From positions 1-53,986 of IMG/VR virus record IMGVR_UViG_3300042311_001046: a DNA stretch of 53,986 nt; one strand, 5' to 3'. This DNA is from a virus. Lineage: Duplodnaviria > Caudoviricetes. This document shows positions 39,862 to 50,500 of this stretch, in pieces. Numbering within the stretch: the first letter of the stretch is position 1; every line of letters begins with the position of its first letter. The notes under the pieces are model-generated. The model searched no databases. It was not told the DNA's origin and saw only the letters and a list, made by a program, of their open reading frames with translations. The translations under genes were made by a program, and so were the position numbers.

Positions 39862-41706
39862 TTATCTCAATTCATTCAAATCAAATGTACGTACACCGTC
39901 AACGATGATACGTCCGAAGAAACGGTTGTTAACCATTTTCTTAGCGTAACGAGTCATAATACCCTTGATAGGTGTAAAGTTGAATGGGTTGTACATAGTT
40001 GGAGTTAATTGAAGTGGTACATATGGTGCGTAGATGTAACCAGTGTCAAGAAGTGACGTACCTTTGTGACCCAACAACACAGTGTTTGGTGGGAAGTAAG
40101 GGTCACGATACACTTGGTAACGACCTGCTAATGTACCTACTCTTTCAATACCCATGTTATACTGGTCTTGCTCAGCAGCTGCGTTAGAAACGTGGAAATA
40201 TTGAAGGTCATCAAAAATTGCTGAGATTTCAGATGATACAACAATCCAGTTTGCTCCACCTCTCAACGTAGATTTGTGAATCTGTGCAGAGATTTGGTTG
40301 ATTGCGGTGATAAGAGTTTGGTTCCAGTCCTTCTGAGTGTAAGGAGTAGATTGGTTGTTCAGACGCTTCCAACCGTTGTAATCCCAACGAAGTGTCCAAG
40401 CCGCACCTTTACGAAGGTCACGGAGGATTTCACGGTCGATTTCAGCTGCCACTTGTTCAGACAATAAAGCCGTTAATTCAGCCTCAGCGTCGATGTTGTG
40501 GAATGCCGCAACGTCTTGTGCAAGTTCTGGTGACCACTGTGCTCTCAACTTTCTTTCAGTTACAGAAACTGTTACTGACTCAAGGTCGAAAGAAACTTCA
40601 CCAATCTTGTCTTCGAATTCAAGTTCCTTATATCTCTTAAAATAAGCAATAAATGGGTTACTAGCTGAGGAACCAGATACTGCAGATTCGAAAGTTGTAC
40701 CTGAGTATCCATCAGGAGTTGATTGACCACAAGCAATACAAGCTGGAACTTGTAAGTCTACTTCCAAATAGATTATACCATTTGGTGTACAAATATCAAA
40801 ATATGTACCACCGTTACCACCACCTGTGTTTGTACCAGGATAAGAAGCTGTTGAGTATGAACCATACTGAACAATGCTCTTAGCATATTTCTGTGTTACA
40901 ACACGGAACAAAAGAGGTGCAGTTGTTGAGAAAGTTACACCACCAATAGTTCCTTGTGATGGAAGAATTGTAAGGTCTGAAAGGAATGCCTCAGTATCCA
41001 TTTCTTGTCCGTCAGGACCGATAAGTTTACCAGCACCTGAGTTAGAGAAACCTGACAATGCAATTAAAATTTTACGATATTCGCCAGCAGGGTAACCTGA
41101 AAGTATTAAATTACCGCTACTCCAAATAACTGTGTTTGTAATTGCCGACAACCAAGTGAATGCACCCTTAGAGTAGTCGAACAAACCTGGAGGATTTAAA
41201 CCTGGCTCGTTACCTTCATAAAATGCATCATAAAGGTTCTTAGAGAATGCATTTGCATTTGGTGGATAACCATCACCGATAGCGGTTTGGTTACTACCAG
41301 GTGCTCCAAATGGAGCGTAGTGGTCATTATCATTACCTTGAGCAATAGCAACTGGAGTATTTCCAGTATAACCTTGAATGCGCGGTACAAAGTAGAACAA
41401 CTTACCGATAGGAAGGTTCATAGCTTGTACTGATACGATTTCATTAGCTAAAAGTTTAGAGAATACACGACGAATGATTGGGAATACGACAGTTTCAAAT
41501 GAACCTGAATCTGCAGTAGACGCCGCTTCGTTAATTAAGAATGAAGCTTGGTTTTCATATAACTGAGCTACGTTCTCTTTTAGGTGACCACGAAGGCCTT
41601 CAAGGAACCCTAATTTGTCCCATTTGTTGATAGTATCTTCCTTGATAACTTTAAGGTGCTTAAGACCTATGTTACCAACGAGACCTGATTCTAATAATGC
41701 TCCCAT
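39862..41706 (-). CDS. Major capsid protein (T4 gp23-like)
   Basis: VSVQAMNLPIGKLFY, RKLRAQWSPELAQD, EIDREIL, YAPYVPLQ, FTPIKGIMTRY. Confidence 0.97.
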   Translation of the reverse strand: MGALLESGLVGNIGLKHLKVIKEDTINKWDKLGFLEGLRGHLKENVAQLYENQASFLINEAASTADSGSFETVVFPIIRRVFSKLLANEIVSVQAMNLPIGKLFYFVPRIQGYTGNTPVAIAQGNDNDHYAPFGAPGSNQTAIGDGYPPNANAFSKNLYDAFYEGNEPGLNPPGLFDYSKGAFTWLSAITNTVIWSSGNLILSGYPAGEYRKILIALSGFSNSGAGKLIGPDGQEMDTEAFLSDLTILPSQGTIGGVTFSTTAPLLFRVVTQKYAKSIVQYGSYSTASYPGTNTGGGNGGTYFDICTPNGIIYLEVDLQVPACIACGQSTPDGYSGTTFESAVSGSSASNPFIAYFKRYKELEFEDKIGEVSFDLESVTVSVTERKLRAQWSPELAQDVAAFHNIDAEAELTALLSEQVAAEIDREILRDLRKGAAWTLRWDYNGWKRLNNQSTPYTQKDWNQTLITAINQISAQIHKSTLRGGANWIVVSSEISAIFDDLQYFHVSNAAAEQDQYNMGIERVGTLAGRYQVYRDPYFPPNTVLLGHKGTSLLDTGYIYAPYVPLQLTPTMYNPFNFTPIKGIMTRYAKKMVNNRFFGRIIVDGVRTFDLNELR

Positions 41707-41734
41707 TTTTTATTTTGGTTTTTATTTTTATTAT

Positions 41735-43207
41735 TTATTTTGCAATTTTACTCATGATGTCTTTCATTCTAAGGAACTGAGGATTCTCATATGTCTTAGA
41801 TTCAATCAAGTTAATTGCGGAACCTGATTGTGGCTCACGGTCAATTACTCTTTCAATTGATTCTGTAATTGGTGTCGCTTTTGTGCCTTGTGAAAGTTCA
41901 TCTTTAATTGTTTTATATAATGCCTTTGATTCCTTGAGAGTTTCAGCAGAGTCAAATCTTCTAAGAATGTTAATTTTTTCATGTTTAGAAGTTGAGTGTT
42001 CAGTGAAAAGTCTTGTAGCATAAGCCAAATTTGAATTAAAGATTGCTACCTCATTTAATTTATCTCTAAATAAATTAAGTGCCTTTCTGTATTCTTCATT
42101 TTTGGTTCTCAACATTTGTAATTCTTCCATAACTTCAACACTTTCAGCAACGTTTTTGCCGTATTCGTAGTTTCTGTTAGGAGTAATTCCTTTTCTTAAA
42201 CCTCTACCTGATTTTGAACCCATTCCATAAGTGCGTGATGCTTCTTTAGCTTCTCCTTTAGAAAATTTCTTGGTCTTGCTTGGCATTTCCATTACTTCTC
42301 CCTCTTTGAATTCAAACTTAGGTCCTTTACCTAGTCCAACAGTTTTACCTTGTTTTTTCTTTTCGTTGAAACCGCCTTTTGATTTCTCATAAGAAAAAGT
42401 AGGTTTACCTGTTTTACCTTTAGAGCCGACTTTTGGTTTCATACCCTCTTTGGTTTCCATTTTCTTAGCTTTTTTAGCTTCCATCATTGGTTTGTAACTT
42501 TCATTGTCTTCAGCATCCTCATATGAACCTTCTTCGAGTTCGAATTCGTATTCTTCCTCTTCAAGTTCATCAGCAGGAGTGTCATCGATTTCAATTTCGT
42601 ACATAACCTCTTCTTTTTCTTCTTCTGGTTGATATGATGCGTCTTCATACATTTCTTCTTCCATCGCCTGATAACCTTCTTCCGTTTCATCATCTTCTTC
42701 CTCTTCCTCTTCACCTTCCATTTGTAAAAGGTATTCGGCTTCAGTTTCGTCATCAGAAATTTTAGTGTAGTCACCATCAGGAACTACGGTTACAGTGTCA
42801 GAATTTTTCATGTTTTTGAAAACTTTAAAAACTTCTTCGAAGTCCTCTTCACCTGTAAGGTCAGCGACTGGCTCGTCATCCATGTCCATCATATCAGACA
42901 TTTCATCGTCCATGCCCATCATACCAGGCATTTCGTCGTCTTCCTCTTCGTATTCTTCGTCCTCTTCAGATTCCTCTTCTTCAGATTCCTCTTCGTCTTC
43001 GAATTCTACTTCGGTTTCAAGCTCATCTTCTTCAGCTTCTTTCATTTCAACCTCTTCGTCAGTCTCTTCTTTCATAGACTCTTTTACTAGTTCGCTAATT
43101 TCTTCCTTCATTGTCGAAGCAAGTATTTCTTTTGCGTTTTCATTAATTACTTCTTCCAAATTCTGTATTTGGAGAAGTGTTTCGTTAACTAAATTTTTTT
43201 CAGCCAT
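41735..43207 (-). CDS. Prohead core/scaffold protein (gp22-like position)
   Basis: Very acidic with a coiled-coil C-terminus; lies between the protease and the major capsid protein. Confidence 0.75.
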   Translation of the reverse strand: MAEKNLVNETLLQIQNLEEVINENAKEILASTMKEEISELVKESMKEETDEEVEMKEAEEDELETEVEFEDEEESEEEESEEDEEYEEEDDEMPGMMGMDDEMSDMMDMDDEPVADLTGEEDFEEVFKVFKNMKNSDTVTVVPDGDYTKISDDETEAEYLLQMEGEEEEEEDDETEEGYQAMEEEMYEDASYQPEEEKEEVMYEIEIDDTPADELEEEEYEFELEEGSYEDAEDNESYKPMMEAKKAKKMETKEGMKPKVGSKGKTGKPTFSYEKSKGGFNEKKKQGKTVGLGKGPKFEFKEGEVMEMPSKTKKFSKGEAKEASRTYGMGSKSGRGLRKGITPNRNYEYGKNVAESVEVMEELQMLRTKNEEYRKALNLFRDKLNEVAIFNSNLAYATRLFTEHSTSKHEKINILRRFDSAETLKESKALYKTIKDELSQGTKATPITESIERVIDREPQSGSAINLIESKTYENPQFLRMKDIMSKIAK

Positions 43208-43271
43208 TTAACTTTTTTTTAATAAATATATTAAGAAGCTAAAAAAATAAGTTTTTCTTGATTTATAAATG

Positions 43272-43296
43272 AAAAAAGGGGACAAATGTCCCCTTT
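43272..43296 (-). terminator. Rho-independent terminator
   Basis: Minus strand AAAGGGGAC-attt-GTCCCCTTTTTT, downstream of the ORF ending at 43321. Confidence 0.85.
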
Positions 43297-43320
43297 GGTA
43301 AAGTTTGATATGAGTATATA

Positions 43321-43530
43321 TTACTCTACTACTTCATTAATTTTACTCTCAACAATCGCGGTAATTCTCCAATCCTGAGAATATGATTCAAAAAGCTTTG
43401 TTACTTTAGCCTCAACGTCAGTCGGGCTAAATCCTTTGACAAGTTTTTCTTCTTTTGTTTTTTTGATTTTTCCTGACTCTGAGTCAACATCATCGATTGT
43501 AATTTTTGCTACAAAATATTTTTCGTCCAT
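43321..43530 (-). CDS. DUF4494-like small protein
   Basis: YFVAKI...GKIKKTKEEKLVKGFSPTDVEAKV...ITAIVESKINEV resembles one half of Bacteroidota DUF4494. Confidence 0.65.
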   Translation of the reverse strand: MDEKYFVAKITIDDVDSESGKIKKTKEEKLVKGFSPTDVEAKVTKLFESYSQDWRITAIVESKINEVVE

Positions 43531-43535
43531 ATTAA

Positions 43536-44255
43536 TTATTTTGATAAATAATCGGTGAGTTTTTTCATTAAATCAAGTGAGCTACCCATTTCTCTTTGTT
43601 GTTTTAATTCTTTTTCCTCTTGTAAGTTTTCTTCATACTTGTATCTGTCTTTTTCGTCCTTAAAAAGGTACGCGCCAGGTGTTGATGGAGAAGAAACAAG
43701 GTCAAAACAAATTAGTTCAAAATCTTCTTGGACTTCATTCTGTTCTCCTCTTTTTGCAAGTGACCCAACTCCTCTTGAGGATATACCAAGAGTAACACCT
43801 TGTCTTAAAAGATTTGCGGCTTGGTCTCCTTTAGTTGAAACTATCCCTCTCTCGTGAAATCCTGGAGAAGTTAATAATCTAAGTTTACCAAGAAGAACAT
43901 TTTTGTCCCACCACATATCAGTTATAATGTGTGATACTCTATCGAGGTCAATTAAGGATGATTCAGGGTGATTAAGTTCAGATAATGAGGTTCCTCTCTT
44001 AATATAGTTTTTAGTGTAATTGTCGGCTTCTCTTCTTAATATTTTCTCAGGATATATTCTACCGTTTCTATTTGGGGTATCGTACTTTTGTAGTACGGCA
44101 TAAAATTCAAATGGCTTAGAGTGGTCTGTAGTATTAAAATTTTCTTTTATTACTCTATCATTAGAGAATTCAGTAGGTGATACATAACCTGCATCATACT
44201 CGATAAGAATTCCTCTACCTGACTCTGTCGGTCCTAAAATTCGTAAGTTTTGCAT
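43536..44255 (-). CDS. Prohead protease (T4 gp21-like)
   Basis: NRNGRIYP, ELNHP, VSH, LGISSRGVGS, FDLVSSPSTPGA. Confidence 0.95.
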   Translation of the reverse strand: MQNLRILGPTESGRGILIEYDAGYVSPTEFSNDRVIKENFNTTDHSKPFEFYAVLQKYDTPNRNGRIYPEKILRREADNYTKNYIKRGTSLSELNHPESSLIDLDRVSHIITDMWWDKNVLLGKLRLLTSPGFHERGIVSTKGDQAANLLRQGVTLGISSRGVGSLAKRGEQNEVQEDFELICFDLVSSPSTPGAYLFKDEKDRYKYEENLQEEKELKQQREMGSSLDLMKKLTDYLSK

Positions 44256-44276
44256 TTAATATTTTCTTTATAAATA

Positions 44277-44732
44277 TTAAACTACAACCAAATTTTTTTC
44301 TTTGTCATTTTTTGTTAAATGAAAATCGAATAATTCAGATTGTTGGAATATATCTTTTTCTACATAAGATATAATTCTTTTTATCTCATTCTTTAATTTA
44401 ATTGATTTAAAATCAATTTCCGTTTTAATGTAAAAGGTCATTTCCAAATTCATAAAAGACCTTTTTCCTAATGTTATCCCACTTGTCCTTAAATCTAAAT
44501 CAACAATGAATTTACTGTGAAAAATAAATTTATCTGATATCTCTAAAAGAAGTTGTTTAATTAACCTATTCAAACAGGATACCTCTCTACCCCAATTTTC
44601 TAAAGATTTTTTTGGCTCTACCCAAGACTGTATGTTTATGTATATTGACTTTAAATTTTTTGAATCTACCGTTCCATAAGAAGTTTTAAAATTTTTATAT
44701 CCCTTCAGCACACAAGATTTCCCTTTTTTCAT
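44277..44732 (-). CDS. Hypothetical protein
   Basis: 151-aa ORF divergent from bS21; upstream TTGACT-N16-TAAATT on the minus strand. Confidence 0.75.
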   Translation of the reverse strand: MKKGKSCVLKGYKNFKTSYGTVDSKNLKSIYINIQSWVEPKKSLENWGREVSCLNRLIKQLLLEISDKFIFHSKFIVDLDLRTSGITLGKRSFMNLEMTFYIKTEIDFKSIKLKNEIKRIISYVEKDIFQQSELFDFHLTKNDKEKNLVVV

Positions 44733-44796
44733 TTAACTTTGCATAATATCCGTTTATTTATATATTAAATTTAATAAAAAAAAACCAATAGTCAAA

Positions 44797-44982
44797 ATGT
44801 TAATTATTGAAGTTAAAAAGGGTAATGTTGAGGGTGCTCTTAAACAATTTAAATCTAAAGCAATTAAAACAAAACTTGTTTCACAATTACAAGATAGAAA
44901 AACATACAAAAAAAAATCTGACGTAAAACGTCAGATTAAGAAAGATGCAATTTACAAACAAAAGAAATACTCAGACAATTAA
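44797..44982 (+). CDS. rpsU: Phage-encoded ribosomal protein bS21
   Basis: MLIIEVKKGNVEGALKQFKSK...LQDRKTYKKKSDVKR...AIYKQ; 61 aa, basic, Bacteroidota-like MLII start. Confidence 0.9.
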   Translation: MLIIEVKKGNVEGALKQFKSKAIKTKLVSQLQDRKTYKKKSDVKRQIKKDAIYKQKKYSDN

Positions 44983-45678
44983 ACCTTTGTGTAATTGTTC
45001 GAGTTTGATAAATTCTTTTTTATCAAATTTTGTTGATTGTATTTTATTCTTTGTTTCAAGTAAAGTTTGTTTAATTTCTTCATCTGATTCTGAAATTAGT
45101 TTTTCTAATTTTTGAATTGTCGATTCTTTAATTGTCTCAAACTCTTCTTTTGTTGGTTTCTTTTTCAAAGAAGAGATTACCTCTTCTCTATCAGATTCGT
45201 TAAGTTCAGATAGAGTCTTTTCAATATTGTTATTTGCAATTTTCAACATTGTACTTATCGGAACTACTTTTTTAGATTCCTTTATGGTTGGTTTTTTCAT
45301 AAGGGATTCTACAATATTCTTTTTAGCCATTGATTTTCTCTCAGGGTGTAATTCATTACCGTAAAATAAATCATCAATTGTAGTGTAGTTATTTTCTTTA
45401 ATTATACCTTTTGTCCACTTCAAAATTTTATTTGTAAAATTCTCAGTAAGTTCAATTGACTTAACCTCTTTTGATAAATCATCCACCATATATTCGGCAA
45501 TTTCTTTATCCAAAGATTTATTTTCTTTTAATGTATCATAAATAAAATATAGTCTTTTAAAAGATTTATTCTCCAATAGTTCGTTCTTGAAGAATTTCAT
45601 ATCCTTGTCTAATTTTTTGTCGACAAATGATTTAACTAATTTATTCTCTACTAAAGTTTTAATTATACCGAATTTCAT
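44971..45678 (-). CDS. Hypothetical protein, putative prohead core component
   Basis: 235-aa helical protein directly downstream of the portal; several [IL]xE sites. Confidence 0.7.
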   Translation of the reverse strand: MKFGIIKTLVENKLVKSFVDKKLDKDMKFFKNELLENKSFKRLYFIYDTLKENKSLDKEIAEYMVDDLSKEVKSIELTENFTNKILKWTKGIIKENNYTTIDDLFYGNELHPERKSMAKKNIVESLMKKPTIKESKKVVPISTMLKIANNNIEKTLSELNESDREEVISSLKKKPTKEEFETIKESTIQKLEKLISESDEEIKQTLLETKNKIQSTKFDKKEFIKLEQLHKGLIV

Positions 45679-45700
45679 ATTAGTGTTTTCTGTATAAATA

Positions 45701-47524
45701 TCAATCTTTTAGTAAGCTGTTTAGTTTTTGTTCCATTTCACCTAAAGATTTTTTTGCTTTAGATAAATCAATCATTTCATTGTCTCCAAACATATTACTC
45801 TCAAGTAGGATATTCATATCTCTTTCTAACGACTCTGGAGTTACTCCGGCCTCACCTCCTGGTTCGGGACCAGGTGCTGGAGGTGCTGGCAATTCACCAG
45901 GTGGTTCAGACATCATTCCTCCTCCACCTTCCTCAGGAGGTGCTCCTCCTTCTGTAGGAGTACCAGCAGGTTCACCTTCCTTCTTACCATATAGTTTATC
46001 CAAATTATCAAATAATCCTGTATGAGTAATAACCTCAGCAGTTTTCTTGAGTTCTTCACCAACCGCTTTTTCAATACGCTGTTGTTGTAGGTCAAGTTTA
46101 ATTTCTTCATCAGAAAATCCTAAAATATGTTTCTTAGCCCAAGACTGAGAAACTGCAGCAATTCCTGAACCAGGGTCTGCAACCATATCTTTATATAGTA
46201 AAACCTTTTCTTTCCAAACGTCGATTCGTAAAAGGTCAGCTTGAGTAGATGGATTAGTTAGAGACAAAGTAAAGTTTCCAACCTCTTCTTCGAATCCTAA
46301 TACAAACAAGTGAATGATTGCAATTTTATTCAATTCTTGAATCATATTCTTTTGAATACGATTTATAGTTCTTGCAAAACGAATATCTTGTAGGGATAAA
46401 TTTTTTCCGTCTCCTACAGTCTCCTCAAATCCAAGAAATGCTTTCGGCACACGTAATGCCGTTAAAAGTTTCTTTTGTATATATTCAATATCAGCAATTT
46501 CTGATAGGTTTTGAGCACCTGCAAGAGTTTCAATAGGAGAGGCTTGAGCTGGGTCACGAACAGGGACAAAATAATCTTGGTCAACAGCCATTTGATTAAA
46601 TCTCATGTCCACATTTCCTGTTTTATGGTCAACAACTTGGTCTCTCTTGAATTTGTTTGCAAATCTTTGGATATATGGCTCAACATCAGCGTCATCCATA
46701 TTTCCAACAAATACTTTAAATATTCTTCTCTCAGGTGCTCTTGATGTTCTATAAATTAACATCGCATCTTCAGACAGTAAAAGTTGTTTCCAAATACGTC
46801 TTGCCTTTTCAAGCATAGATGTACCGTAAGGAAGTCTTCTATCGTCTCCAAGTAATCTAAAGTGAGCAATTTCCCAAGTATTAAATTCAAGGTCTTTTTG
46901 TTTCCACTTAAACTTTGTATGTTTTTTTGTTGGATTAGTTTCAGGTTCGGCAGATTTACCCCCCATTCCTGCTTCCAATCTTTCAATTTCAACAATTGGA
47001 AGTTGCATACATCCTATAATTCCTTTTTCGGGGTCAAGTTTAAGAAACACAAAATTATCACCGTACTTGCAAGTGTTTCTTGTCCACATTGGAAGGTTGG
47101 TATTAATATCTAAACTATTATTGAATAGGTCTGCAAGTATTGATTTAATTCTTCTTGATTCAGAATAAATCTGAAGCATAAATCCATCTTGATTAATAGT
47201 TGTAGATTCTTCAGCGTATATATCTAAAGCTGCTCCAATTTCAGGAGTAAACTCCATAGATTCATAATCATAAAATGAAGATAATCTTGTTGGTTCGTAA
47301 TATGTTGCTTGAGTATATAGATTATGCTCAATCTTTGACCACTGATTTGCAAGATAATAATTTTGTTGAGCCTGTAGTTTTTCTCTATTATACTCTTGTT
47401 TTGAGGTTGTACGGAGAAGTTCTTTTTTATCGTACTTGTATGTAGGGTAATCTTGACCTAAAAGTGAATTAGGACCAAACGCTTGGGATAACCTTTGCCA
47501 TACTGTTAACTTGTTATTTTCCAT
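45701..47524 (-). CDS. Portal protein (T4 gp20-like)
   Basis: PEIGAALDIYAEE, CKYGD, EDAMLIYRTSRAPERRIF, DYFVP, IETLAG, ALRVP. Confidence 0.96.
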   Translation of the reverse strand: MENNKLTVWQRLSQAFGPNSLLGQDYPTYKYDKKELLRTTSKQEYNREKLQAQQNYYLANQWSKIEHNLYTQATYYEPTRLSSFYDYESMEFTPEIGAALDIYAEESTTINQDGFMLQIYSESRRIKSILADLFNNSLDINTNLPMWTRNTCKYGDNFVFLKLDPEKGIIGCMQLPIVEIERLEAGMGGKSAEPETNPTKKHTKFKWKQKDLEFNTWEIAHFRLLGDDRRLPYGTSMLEKARRIWKQLLLSEDAMLIYRTSRAPERRIFKVFVGNMDDADVEPYIQRFANKFKRDQVVDHKTGNVDMRFNQMAVDQDYFVPVRDPAQASPIETLAGAQNLSEIADIEYIQKKLLTALRVPKAFLGFEETVGDGKNLSLQDIRFARTINRIQKNMIQELNKIAIIHLFVLGFEEEVGNFTLSLTNPSTQADLLRIDVWKEKVLLYKDMVADPGSGIAAVSQSWAKKHILGFSDEEIKLDLQQQRIEKAVGEELKKTAEVITHTGLFDNLDKLYGKKEGEPAGTPTEGGAPPEEGGGGMMSEPPGELPAPPAPGPEPGGEAGVTPESLERDMNILLESNMFGDNEMIDLSKAKKSLGEMEQKLNSLLKD

Positions 47525-47580
47525 TAGTAAAAATTAATCTGTTTTGTATAGATTATAAATAGTTAGGAAAATTAGTTTTG

Positions 47581-50500
47581 TTAAGCAGTAGTTACGGTCC
47601 AGTTATATGGAGCTGCAATCAAAATATTTCTACAAAATGTTCCACTATTTGTCGTTATAGCTTGCCCTGTAGCCGCTGCGGAGCCAATATTTCCGTTTGT
47701 TCTATTATAACTAAAAGTATTTGCACCCGGCCCTGCATTTATTGTATATGTACCATCAAAAATGGCATCAACACCACTAACAACTACAGTTTGTCCTGCT
47801 AAGAAATTATGTGCAACTGAAGTTGTTAATGTTGCAACGTTAGCGTTTAATACTTTGTTAGTAATAGATATAAATCCGCTAGGAGCTGAGTTAAGAGCTG
47901 CCGTGGGAGTCGCAATAGTATTATTTATTGATATTGTTCCAGCGGTTCTAGGGTTCACTCCAAAATTGCCGACCACACTGTCTTTTATGCTACAAATAAT
48001 TAAATCAACGCCAGTTCGAGATATACCACAATTTTGTAAATTTAGTGTTCTTAAATTAGTTGCTGTTATAAAAGACTTATTCCAATTAGAAAAGAAAAAA
48101 TTGTTGGCGTTCGTAACGTCATTTGTCGTCCCATGAGTGCTTGAAAGATTCAAAGTTCTTAGACTTGATGGCCAGTTTCCAGAACAAACCGCATCTGCTC
48201 CTCCTCCGACTGACGCATACGTGCTTGCCGCAGTTACATTTGCCGGCCCATTGTTAGCGGCTATTATATTATAAGTAAAACTAGTTGTAGTAGGGGTTGA
48301 TATAATGGTATAAGTTCCATTATATGTTCCATTTTGATTAATAAACACTGAAACTTGTTGACCGGCAGTAAAATTGTGTGCAGTTGTTGCAGTTAGAGTC
48401 GCAACATTAGATAATATTTGTACTCTTTGTATTTGTACAAAGAGCCCACCAAACTGATTTTGGAGCGAGGTTATTGTTTCTATATTTGAGTGGGTTGAAA
48501 GATTTAAAAATCTATTGAAAACTCTGCTGGTTCCTGCCGTCTGTCTTTGGTTGGTTAAAGTTTTAAGAGCTGGAAACAAACTAAAATCAAAAACAGATAC
48601 TACATTACTACTGATAGTTAATGATGTCATCCCAAGTCCTTGAACATTAATTTGGGTTAATGAGCTGTTACTTGAAACATCTAAAGTGTGCAAAGAATTA
48701 GGAAAATTATTTGTAAAAATAGTAATTGGATTTGTACGAAATTGATTAACAGCACTTCGTTGTAGATAAAGTTCTCTAATATTTGTTGGTAATAAATTAT
48801 TGTTGAATGGTCCTGAAAGTCCATTTCCATCGAACTCAATATATTCTGTACTATTTGGGAAAATTGGAAACGTTGTCAGAGCATTATCCGACAATATCAC
48901 ACGTCTTAATTGTGAACAATTTATAATTTGTGAAGTAAATTGGCTTAAATTTACATTACTCTCTACGTTAAGTTCCCTTAGTTCTGAATCTATTGGAATA
49001 GTTGGATTAAAATTAGTTATTCTATTTCTAGCACCTGACCCGGGTCCTTCTGTGGTGTTATCGAGGTTCAAAATTCTAAGTGATTTAGGTAGGGTTACGT
49101 CAAAGACTCTAAGGGCCGAATTAGATAGATTTAAACCTGTTAAACTTGTTAAATTTAATGGATTTAAAATTGAAAACGTAAATCCTGCCGGTTGATTAGG
49201 TCCAGAGGCGAGGGTTAAATTAAAATCTCTAAGAGACGACGGCCCATTTAATGTTACGCTCTGAAAATTTGGTTGGAGGGTGCTTGTACTACTATTGTTA
49301 GTGTAGGATATTGTTATTGCGGTTAATGAGGTAAATGTTGACAAATTAGGTTGGAAAACTTGAATTGGTATATTTGTCATTTTAATTGACTTTAAAAGAG
49401 AACCATCAGATGGGTTAAAGTTCAAAAATGGTGTAAAAATACCATCCGCCGTTGAATTTATCATTTCAAGCTCATCAAACGCCCCTAAACTTATGTTAAA
49501 ATTTGTTAAACGTGATGAACTGATTGTCATTTTAGTTGTGTTAGGAAAACTAGATTGTTGGAAAATTAAAGGTCCTCCTATACTTGAAATTCTTGTGAAC
49601 TGCACTTCACCTAAAGCCCCAAAATTTGAAACGTTACTTAATTTTGCAACAAAGGAATTGTTTGCATAAGTTTTAGGAAAATTTGTTCCTGTCCCGGTAG
49701 CATCCCAAGTTGCAGATTGATTAGTACCATCCCCCCAATCGAGTGTACCCGTTGATGACCCTCCAATGGTCCTTAAATTAAAGACTAAAGGATTGGTGCC
49801 AGGTATGTTTCCAATTTCCAAAACTGGATTCGGTGTTTGTGATGGGGTTTGAGTCACAGTCGGAGTTTGTGTTTGTGTTGGTGTGGGACCAGGTATTGGA
49901 CCGCAGTATGAAAGTTCAGTGACATTACAAGAACCGTCTAAGGTTGATAGGGTCCATCTTATAAACCATGCACCTGAAGTTGGCGTTGGTAATTGTGTTG
50001 GGTCTGTGTAATTAACCAAACCAGTTCTACTACCTGGATTTGGACAACTACATCCATTACCCTGACTATTGTTAAACCACCTTCTTTGATTCAACACCGC
50101 CCCACTAAATGAAACAGGGTCATAAGGTAATGGATAAGATAATCCAAGAACGGCACCATTAATGGGGTCAATATAAGCACCATTAACAATGTCATTATTA
50201 TATCGAGAACAAGCCTGTGCTGCGCTTGACAACCCTGCGGCATTCGTTATGAATCCTCCTGGTGCATTTGCTAGGTAAGCGGCCTCAGAAACCCATAGAT
50301 TTTGAGCAATTCTAACTGATTGTACTGTTGGTTTCACACAACAATCTAAACTTTGTGTAATTACACAGTTTACTATTCTTATTAAAGTTGCAGTTCGAGC
50401 GTTATTATCAAGATTTACCCAATAAAATCCATTTGGTATGTTACACAAACAACTAGTTCCTGTATTATTATATACTCGTGTATTAATCTCAAGAGACCCA

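Noticed and set aside
39999-43857. Small ORFs overlapping the capsid, scaffold and protease genes
   Set aside because: Antisense or alternative-frame by-products of biased codon use; no motifs or start signals.
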